The position numbers were made by a program, and so were the translations under genes. The notes under the pieces are model-generated. The model made no database searches and was not told the DNA's origin. It saw nothing but the letters and a program-made list of their open reading frames with translations. A DNA stretch of 64,000 nt, from NCBI GenBank assembly GCA_951406725.2, contig OX597817.1:48050001-48114000 (forward strand). Direction: 5' to 3'. Below are positions 53,301 to 64,000 of the stretch, piece by piece (the stretch's first letter is position 1; every line of letters begins with the position of its first letter). The stretch comes from Octopus vulgaris (Eukaryota).

Positions 53301-54139
53301 GCATGAACATGCTCATAACTAGCGGAAAAATTTAAACAAATGCAGTCTTAAGGAAGCATATAAGGAAATGTTATTTTGAAATATGAAGATATCTTTTACT
53401 GGCAGAGCGACATGCAGCTAATATCCGGATATCCTGTTGCCTTTCCTTGTGTATTCAAAATTACTTTCAACGTCGCGATAAAGCAAGGTGTGTTTATTGA
53501 CATTAAAACTATGATGCATTACTCCATAATTGCAGATTTCTTTACCATTGGTGTTGTTTTATCTCCAGCTATATTTAGTTGATCTCTCGTTAAACTTTTA
53601 ATGTTACACATTAATCATTGTTATACGTGGGGATGGGTTTCGTTTTGCCAATTAAACAGACGCACTATTTATTTGATCCTCTCTTTACTTTCGAATTATT
53701 TTCAGTTTACTACATTTTGTGAAAGTTCTTTCGTCACATATTCTGTGGCCCCATTAGTGTGACCCTCTATTCCCTGTGTCTCCTCTTGTCCTGCTTATTC
53801 ACTTTTGTTCTCCTGCGTTTTTAGTAGAGGACAGTCATGATTTATTCTTGCGTTTTTTTATTTTTCAAATAAAATATAACTGGCGCCGGCATAGCTGTAT
53901 TGTCAAGAAGCTCGCTTTACAAACACATAATTTCAGGTGTAACCTCGAAATAGTCTCTTCTACTACAGCTTCAGGTCAACCAGTGCTTTGTGAATGATGA
54001 ATTTAGTTCACATTAGAAATCTGTAGAAATCCGTCTTATATATATATATATATATATATATATGCGAGTACATACGTTTATGAATTATATATATATACAT
54101 ATACATACATACATATATATGTATGTATATCTATATCTA

Positions 54140-54237
<98 letters not shown>

Positions 54238-54323
54238 AACGTTTATGAATTTGTTTTGCAAGACTCCTGATATGAAATCGTGTGTTGAAACAGATATTGT
54301 TGTATTTCGGGACGGTCTTTTCT

Positions 54324-54592
54324 TTTTTGCTAAATAAACACACTGACTATATATTCGTTCTTCACTCGTTTATTACTGTTCTTTTTCTAACTCATTTCCA
54401 CTGTCCGGAAATCTTAGCAGAACAGAATGAAATAAGTGGAGCAAGAGAACACACTAAGACGGGAAGTGTTGCTGAAGAGTTCACAGATGTGTGACAAAAG
54501 AATTCCGGACAATGGGTCTGAGAAAGGATAAATACTGTAATAAAATAGTGAAGAACGGATATATAGTGCATGAGTTTATTTGGCAAAAAAAA
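54324..54592. repeat. Diverged fold-back with a decayed hammerhead-like centre
   Basis: Arms ~54324-54415 and ~54498-54592; centre CTGAAGA-GTtCACA gatg TGTGAC-aAAA. Confidence 0.65.
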
Positions 54593-55384
54593 TTACCCTC
54601 TCGAAATACAAAAATATAGGTACATATATATATTTACACACACTCACACACACACACATACACACACAGACAAATATATATGTGTATACACACATAATAT
54701 GTGCTGCTAACTACCTAGAATCCACAGAAGTAAAAAAAAAAAGAGACAGAGACAGACAGAAAAAAGGAAAATGTCCCTTGCATTTGAAACCCATGGAAAT
54801 ATTTGAAAAAAACATTTCATTTTTCCACAATTTAATTGTTTTTCATGCTTTACTCTAAGTCGAAAAAGTCGCAAAGACTTAAACCAGTACTAAAATGTTC
54901 TTCCTGATAAGATTGTTTTAGCATTTTCTACCTGGTCTTATTGGCTGTGTGGTAAGTAGCTTGCTTACGAACCACATGGCTCCAGGTTCAGTCCCACTCA
55001 GTGGCACCTTGGGCAAGTGTCTTCTACTATAGTCTCGGGCCGACCAAAGCCTTGTGAGTGGATTTGGTAGATGGAAACTGAAAGAAGCCCGTCGTATATA
55101 TGTATATATATATACATATATGTATGTGTGTGTGTGTATATATTTGTGTGTCTGTGTTTGCTCCCCCCAACATCACTTGACAACCGATGTTGGTGCGTTT
55201 ACGTCCCCGTAACTTAGCGGTTCGGCAAAAGAGACCGATAGAATAACTACTAGGCTTACAAAGTATAAGTCCTGGGGTCAATTTGCTCGACTAAAGGCGG
55301 TGCTTCAGCATGGCCGCAGTCAAATGACTGAAACAGGTAAAAGACTAAAAGAGTATATCAACTTATGTGTTCCTTTTCAACATT

Positions 55385-55458
<74 letters not shown>

Positions 55459-55496
55459 TACACAGACACACATAGACACATAGACACACAGACACA

Positions 55497-55578
<82 letters not shown>

Positions 55579-55739
55579 GTTGAAATTTACAGAAATCAAG
55601 ACGAAGGCAGGTGTATAAACAACAAACAGGTGTTTTAGTTTAAGGATCGGGAAGGCGAGAAAATATTTTAGGTTTCGAGCCTATGCTCTTCAGCAGAAGG
55701 GACAGGTTGAAATAAACAAGAGAGAATATATATATATAT

Positions 55740-55821
<82 letters not shown>

Positions 55822-56170
55822 TTTTATTCTTTTCTTTTATTCTTTTACTTGTTCCATTATTTCAGCCATTTGACTGCGGCCATGCTGGAGCGCCGTCTTA
55901 AAAGCTTTTTAGTCGAAGTAATTGACCCCAGAACTTATTCTATCGGTGACTTTTGCCGAAACGCTAAGTTAACGGGACCGTCAGCACACCAACATATAGA
56001 TAAATAAATAAATAACTAAATAAATAAATGAAAATAAATTCATGCACAGGGCCTGAAACTATTGTAGAAGACACTTGCCGAGGTTGCTATACAGTGGGAC
56101 AGAACCCGGAACCATGTGGTTGGGAAGCAAGCCTCTTACCATGCAGCCACGCCTGCGCCTATAAATATAT

Positions 56171-56568
56171 CTATGTATATAAAACTGAAATTGTCTGTGT
56201 GTGTGTGTGTATGTGGCAGGTTTGGTAGCCTTCAACCAACACTATCCCCTATGAGTCTCTGCGGCGCAAGTTGACTAAAATTAAGAGTATGATAGAAGAA
56301 GGCTTGCTCTTCATTCCGTAGAAGAAAAAAATTCAAATCGGACCATGTTAAGACCAAAAATTATTTACATCAAAAAGGTGCTTTTTTTCTATGAAAATCC
56401 CTATTTTTTACGATTTTTTTACTGCCGTATCGCCATTTTTCAAACAGAAAAATATCCACTTAAAGAGAATAACAAGCTACATAATGCAAAATTTTTACTT
56501 TTCAAAAATTCCTATCCTAAAGGGTCGAAAAGAAAACAAACCCGAGCAACGCCGGGCTATACTGCTAG
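56171..56568 (+). mobile_element. Non-autonomous Helitron-like element
   Basis: 5' tctatgtatataaaa; 3' cccgagcaacgccggg..ctgCTAG-T, the same 3' end as 37218-37612 but a different body. Confidence 0.75.
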
Positions 56569-56607
56569 TATATATATATATATATATATAGATACACAGA
56601 CACACAC

Positions 56608-56684
<77 letters not shown>

Positions 56685-57482
56685 AATTTGGATGTGTGTG
56701 TGTCTTTGTGCTTCTGCTCGCATCTCTCTATCGCTTAACAACGGGCACTGGTTTGTTTTTGTCCTTGTAAATTAGTGATTCGGCAAAATATTCAAGGCGG
56801 TGCCCAAACAAGGCTTCAGTACAATGACTGAAACAAGTAAAAGATAAAAAAAAAGAAAGATAAACAAGGCACAATATTTGTGCTTCAATACATTTTCAAG
56901 TAAACCTTTAACTGAATTATAATATGAATAAAACATAGTGTTATCGTTGACCGATGACGTATGAAGATATTATCTTATTTCACTTAAGACGGCGAGCTGG
57001 CAGAATCGTTAGCACGCCGGGCGAAATGCGTAGCGGTATTTTGCCCATCGCTACGTTCTGAGTTCAAATTCCGCAGAGGTCGACTTTGCCTTTCATCCTT
57101 TCAGGTTCGATAAATTAAGTACCAGTTACGCACTGGGGTCGATATAATCGACTTAATCCGTTTCTCTGTCCTTGTTTGTCCTCTCTGTGTTTAGTCCCTT
57201 GTGGGTAGTAAAGAAATAGGTATTTCGTCTGTCTTTACTTTGTGAGTTCAAATTCCACCGGGGTCGACTTTGCCTCTCATCCTTTCGGGGTCGATAAATT
57301 AAGTACCAGTTACACACTGGGGTCGATGTAATCGACTTAATACCTATGTCTGTCCTTGCTTGTCTCCTCTATGTTTAGCCCCTTGTGGGTAATAAAGAAA
57401 TAGGTATTTCGCCACGTTCTGAGTTGAAATTCCGCCGAGTTCCACTTTGCTTTTCGTCCGTTCGGGATCGATGAATTGAGTA

Positions 57483-58048
57483 TTGGGTTGTCTGGAAAGT
57501 TCGTGCCGATTTTGAAAGGAAAGAAAATGGTCAATAAATACTTGCCATTATATTTTTAATCAACCAAATATGAACCGTTTTGTTGCACAATGCGTATCCA
57601 TCTTTCCTTTAACTTGAAAATGCCCTCTTCCCAGAATTGAGGTGGATTCATGGCAAAGAATTCATCAAGGTATCTTTTTACGTCATCCAAGGAATTGAAA
57701 TTTTTACCATTAAGACTATTCTGCAGAGACCTGAATAAGTGGAAATCCGAAGGAGCAATATCTGGTTAATATGGAGGGTGGGGTAACACATCCCAGCCGA
57801 GCTGCAGCAATTTTTGTCTGGTTCCCAAAGCATCAAGTACCGAAAATGAACTTTCTTATCTTCCATTTTAAAGGGTTAGAGAATTAACACAGGTTATAGG
57901 AACATAAATCTTCTTCCACGAAAAGATAGCTTAAACTGCGCTCTAAATGGAAGTGTAGTCAAATCCTATTTTATGGACTCAGCCATGTTCTAAATTAAGT
58001 CGAAATGTAAGCTACTATACATCGATACGAACTTTCCGGACAACCCAA
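57483..58048 (-). mobile_element. Second internally deleted mariner copy, inserted in a SINE B
   Basis: Same TIRs and same internal deletion as 14728-15294; TA duplicated; the SINE resumes as ctagttacgcactgggg. Confidence 0.9.
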
Positions 58049-59034
58049 TACTAGTTACGCACTGGGGTCGATGTAATCGACTAGCCCCCTTTATCACAAT
58101 TTCAGGCCTTGTGCCTACAGTAGAAAAGATGATCTAATTTCGTTATATAACTTTTCTTTTGTAACTTCCATAGTGATTAAACATTGAGAGCATCGGTTCG
58201 TGAAAATATCTAAAAGGAAGTACATTCCGGATGGATTGCGTATGAGTCTTTGATAATAAACCAATGAGAAAAATTAGCTTTGTTTCCTTCAAAATATAGC
58301 TGCTCCCAACCCGACATATTTTTTACATTTTACGTCATTAGACTGCGCCATGCGCGTAATTTGTTTTTAAAGCGGATACTTACTCTGTCATTCTCTTTTA
58401 TCGAACCGCTAGTACAGGGAGAGGTAAACACAGCAATACCTATTTCTTTATTACCCACAAGAGGCTAGACACTGAGGGGACAAACAAGGACATACATAGG
58501 TATTAAGTCGATTACATCGACACCAGTGCGTAACTGGTACTTAATTTATCGACACCGAAAGGATGAAAGGCAGAGTCGACTTCGGCGGAATTTGAACTCA
58601 CAACGTAATGCAGACGAAATACCGCTAGGCATTTCGCCCGGTGTGCTAACGTTTCTGCCGGCTCGCCGCCTTAAACACAGCAATACCGGTTACCAAGTGG
58701 TGGTGGTTGTGGTGGTTGGCGACAAACAGGGATACAAAACACACACACACACACGTACAACAGGATTCCTTCAGTTTCCGTCTACTAAACACATTCACAA
58801 GTTTCTAGTCGACCCGAGGTTATAGTAGAAAAAACCTTTTCAAGGTGCCACGGAGTGAAACTGAACCTGGAACCATGTGGTTGGAGAGCAAACTTTTCAC
58901 CACAGAGTCACGTCTGCACCTATACATATATACATACATGCATACATACATACATACATACGTACATACATACATACATACATATATACATATATACATA
59001 CATATATACATACATACATACATACATACATACA

Positions 59035-59066
<32 letters not shown>

Positions 59067-59068
59067 CA

Positions 59069-59107
<39 letters not shown>

Positions 59108-59196
59108 TATATATATATAAACATCTTTAAAATTGCATTTTCAAACCTTCTTTCGTATATAATTCCACTCGTGCGGTACCCTACAACTCCACTTTG

Positions 59197-59269
<73 letters not shown>

Positions 59270-59649
59270 AATATATATATATATATAGCAAATGGTTCCG
59301 GGTTCAGTCCCACAGCGTGGCACATTGGGTAAGTCTCTTCTACTACAGCCTCTGGCCGACTAAAGCCTTGTGAGTGGATTTGGTAGACGGAAACTGAAAG
59401 AAGCCTGTCGTATATATATATATATATATAAATATATGTTTGTGTGCTTGTCTTTGTCCCCCGCCCCATCACTTGACAATCGATGTTGGTGAGTTTACGT
59501 CCCCGTAACTTAGCAGTTCGGCAAAAAGTGACCGATAGAATAAGTACTAGGCTTACAGAGAATAAGTCCTGGAATCGATTTGTTCGACTAAAGGCCGTGC
59601 TCCAGAATAGCCGCAGTCAAATGACTGAATCAAGTAAAAGAATAAAAGA

Positions 59650-59740
<91 letters not shown>

Positions 59741-59744
<4 letters not shown>

Positions 59745-60525
59745 AAAACAGGATAAAATCTTAATAAGAAAGCTTAACAAGAAATTATCGAGTAGTTAGC
59801 GTGAAAAACCTCATAAGAGAAAAAACAGTAATTTTTTTTTCTTTAAAATTGTATAGAGGGCATTATTACACGTAAATGCCACACGCTAGGAGGGACTTTT
59901 AAAGTCATAACTACCAAATATAAACACAACTACCAAATATAAACATAACTACCTAATATAAATATGACTCGCTTTGGGAGTTGCATTCGGTGCAATGTGT
60001 TTATATTTGGTAGTTATTACTTTAAGAGTCCCTCCTAGCGTGTGGCATTTATAATTAAATATTTTCAAAGAAAAAAATTTACAGTTTTTTTCTCTTATGA
60101 GGTTTTTCACGCTAACTACTCGATAATTTCTTGTTAAGATTTCTTATTAAGATTTTATCCTATTTTTAAAATTTGTTCCGAAAAAGCACGTTGTCTCCCG
60201 AAATGCAATTCAAAAGAGCCAGCCATTTACATAAATGTATGATGGGTAAACATTTCCTTATGCTACGATGGCGGCGACGGTTGTCCACGTCGTGTGATGC
60301 TTTTGTTTATTTATGATATATTTTGGATTCGCTTCACTGAAGAGCAAGGGACGCGTATAACGTGTAAATTGCAAAATCACAGGTGATATGGAGCTAAATT
60401 CTGTTTTTATATGACTCGCTTTGGGAGTTGCATTCGGTGCAATGTGCTTATATTTGGTAGTTATGACTTTAAGAGTCCCTCCTAGCGTGTGGCATTTATG
60501 TGTAATAATGCCCTCTATACAATAT
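59741..60525. mobile_element. PLE-type inverted plus direct repeat structure
   Basis: 59741-59850 is inverted at 60061-60170; 59961-60051 is repeated directly at 60409-60498 and inverted at 59873-59927. Flanked by (TA)n. Confidence 0.7.
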
Positions 60526-60540
60526 AATAATGATAATAAT

Positions 60541-60598
<58 letters not shown>

Positions 60599-61057
60599 GT
60601 ATGTAGGAAATGAATATAGACAGCAGCCTGCAATGTTTTACCAAAACGGAAAACTATGAGTGTCACTAAATATGACTAGGGTGCTAAAGAAACCGACATT
60701 GCTAGAAATAAGAGCTAAAATGCTCTAATGATGTAGTCAAAGAACATAAATGCATACATATACACCAGTGTTTTCGGGCGATTACAGTCCTTGTCAGTAT
60801 ATATATATATACATATAATTAGAAATATTGAATTTCTAAATGTCTGAACGAGAGTGAGCGGTGGTGGAGCGACAGGAAGCGTCGATGCTTCCTAGGGCTA
60901 TATAGCGGTGGTGTAATTCCCTCTACGGGACTGTCACGTTATGTTGACTTTATACAACCACTCTCTCTCTCTCTCTATATATATATATTGATAGAAATAG
61001 TAAGACGATAAAAGAATGAAAGATACCTCGATATTATGTAAATAGAGGAATTCATCT

Positions 61058-61157
61058 GTAAATATAATGTGAGTATTATTCGGTTTCAAGTGAGAGTGGA
61101 TGAGTATACTCATCCACCCTCACTTGAAACCGAATAATTGTCACATATTATATTTAC
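61058..61157. repeat. Palindrome centred on gagtatactc; family also at ~24515-24620
   Basis: ttcggtttcaagtgag..ctcacttgaaaccgaa. Confidence 0.8.
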
Positions 61158-61519
61158 ACACACACACACACACATACACTCACACAAACACACACATACA
61201 CTCACACAAACACACACATACACATATATACTTTATTAATAAAAAACAGCAAAGATATCACAAAAACTGTTACTGAGAGTTTCACATTCCCGTTCGTCGG
61301 GCAGTTTTGTTTAGAATGGAGCAAGATAAAGTTATACGCAGAAATACAATCACTTTGAAAGATACACATTTGAAAATGGTTTTGTTTCATTGGTCCTTTC
61401 AACTAACGGTCTTTTCAATAACCGGTTGTATGAAATTACAAATTACGGTTTAAAATCATATAAAAATCGAAGGAAGTCAAATAATAGCTTATATATATGT
61501 ATATATATGTATATATATG

Positions 61520-61550
<31 letters not shown>

Positions 61551-61555
61551 GTGTA

Positions 61556-61609
<54 letters not shown>

Positions 61610-62165
61610 CATATATATATATGTATATATATTTATTTATATGTATGTATGTGTTAACAATGGAAGTGTTCTAGCGTCTAACATAGCTTGAAGGACTTTG
61701 AATATTTAAACAGCTGTAATAACTCGATAGAAATTTGCGCTACTTTTTTTCAAACATTTAGGCAAAATCAAGCTAATGAAATACTTGAGTTTGTTTTAAC
61801 ATATGTAATGAAGTGGCCATTGAAAAGCTGACATGAAGTGATTGTGAAATGAGTAAAAGCGCCATATTATTGGTCAATGATAGTGACATCTCAACGATTT
61901 GACTACTTGTGGTTCTATTAACGATTAGAATGAGCAATATCTTTCAATTTTGTATGTTTTATTTGTTTTAGTCATTGTTACGGCCATGCTGGGGGCCTAG
62001 CTTAAACGGTTTAAGGAAACAAATCAACTCCAGTAGATGTATTTTTTTAAAGTCTGGTATAAACTTATCAGTCTCTTTTGTTGAGCCGCTAATTACGGAG
62101 ATGTAAAAAAATATAGCAACGTTGGTTGTCGGGCAGTGGTGGTGGAGGTGAGACAAAAACAAGAG

Positions 62166-62208
<43 letters not shown>

Positions 62209-62784
62209 TATACGATGGGCTTCTTCAGAGTTTCTTATTTCTTTACTACCCTCAAGGGGCTAAACACAAAGAGGACAAACAAGGGGAGACAAACGGATGA
62301 AGTCGATTATATCGACCCCAGTGCGTAACTGGTACTTAATTTATCAACCCCAAAAGGATGAAAGGCAAAGTCGACCTCGGCAGAATTTGAACTCCGAACG
62401 TAACGACAGACGAAATACGGCTACGCATTTCGCCCAGCGTGCTAACGATTCTGCCAGCTTGCCTCCAGAGTTTCTGTCTACAGGATTCTCGCATGAGGCA
62501 TTTGGTCAGCACGGGGCTATAATGAGATTCTTAAGCACACAGCCATACCTGAGCCAATGAGAACATTATCTGCGTTAGAAGCCATTTTAAGGTCGAAGAA
62601 TTATATTTATTAATTCATCACTATAGCATTGTACTAGATTAGGGTTCTCAACCCTCACTCCCCAATCACATGGTCCTTGGGTCAGTTCCACTGTTGGCAC
62701 CTTGGGCCAGTGTCTTCTACTATAGTCCCAGGCCATCAAAACCTTGTGAGTGGACTTGTTGACAGAAACTGAAAGAAACACGTA

Positions 62785-62789
62785 GTGTA

Positions 62790-62887
<98 letters not shown>

Positions 62888-62908
62888 GCTAGCTAGCTAT
62901 CTGTCTGG

Positions 62909-62975
<67 letters not shown>

Positions 62976-63103
62976 ACTATCTATCTATACATACATACAT
63001 ATATTATATAGTTGCATGTACATATATTATATTTATATATATGTATGTTGTACGTACGTATGTATATATATATTTATCTATATATCTATATATCTATATC
63101 TGG

Positions 63104-63195
<92 letters not shown>

Positions 63196-63610
63196 ACAGA
63201 CATACATATATTATATAGTTGCATGTACATATATTATATATATATGTATGTTGTACGTACGTATGTATATATGTATGTACATACGTATATATATATATAT
63301 ATATATCTATCTATCTATCTATACATACATACATACATATATTATATAGTTGCATGTACATATATTATATATATATGTATGTTGTATGTACGTATGTATA
63401 TATGTATGTACATATGTATATATATATCTATCAATCTATCTATCTATACATACATACATACATATATACATACATATATTATATAGTTGCATGTACATAT
63501 ATTATATATATATATGTATGTTGTACGTACGTATGTATATATGTATGTACATATGTATACGTACGTATGTATATATGTATGTACATATATATATATATAT
63601 ATATATATCT
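62785..63610. repeat. (TATC)n and compound ~130-bp minisatellite
   Basis: tattatatagttgcatgtacatatatt recurs four times (~63002, 63209, 63340, 63477). Confidence 0.85.
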
Positions 63611-63804
63611 ATAAGCAAAACATTCAAACACTAAGACTTGAAATAAGATGTCTCTACTGTTAATATCATCTGAGGATAAAATATTCAAATTAGTGATATC
63701 ACCAGCAGAGACATAGGTGGATTACAAGCACAAAAGCATTATATAGCTATGAATTATAAATTTGCACGAAGCATAATGATGCTTAAAAAGCATTCACCTG
63801 CTGC

Positions 63805-63883
<79 letters not shown>

Positions 63884-64000
63884 GGATGTCTGATAAGACT
63901 ATTCCGCACATACAAATGTCGGCCATACCAATAATCCAACATACTTCCATCATCAGATGCCCTGCGGATATCACAATGGTTTCGACATATATATGTATAT

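Noticed and set aside
63881-63990. Possible HHR on minus (CUGAUGA-UGGA..UCCA)
   Set aside because: Runs into (TA)n where GAAA should be; cannot be supported.

Overview
AT-rich, microsatellite-dense eukaryotic DNA with no recognisable host gene. The SINE/LINE repertoire looks cephalopod (Octopus-like; inference). Most short ORFs in the track are (TA)n/(CA)n read-throughs. Recognisable mobile elements are CR1-like, R4/Dong-like and Tx1-like LINE pieces, a near-complete Tc1 (DD34E), mariner and Tc1 MITEs, non-autonomous Helitrons and several tRNA-derived SINE families. The main signal that the ORF track misses is a set of type I hammerhead ribozymes (HHR) from several sequence families. Two sit once per unit in tandem-plus-inverted arrays (352-bp unit at 1-1121; 482-bp unit at 16942-18521), which look like retrozymes or Penelope-like pLTR arrays. 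Others lie in Penelope-like (PLE) remnants, one downstream of an unannotated, open GIY-YIG endonuclease frame. The well-preserved HHRs have palindromic stem-III loops that covary (TCGA, TGCA, AATT, GATC, ATAT). Three families carry an unusually large, branched insertion in stem II. All structure calls were made by eye; activity is untested.
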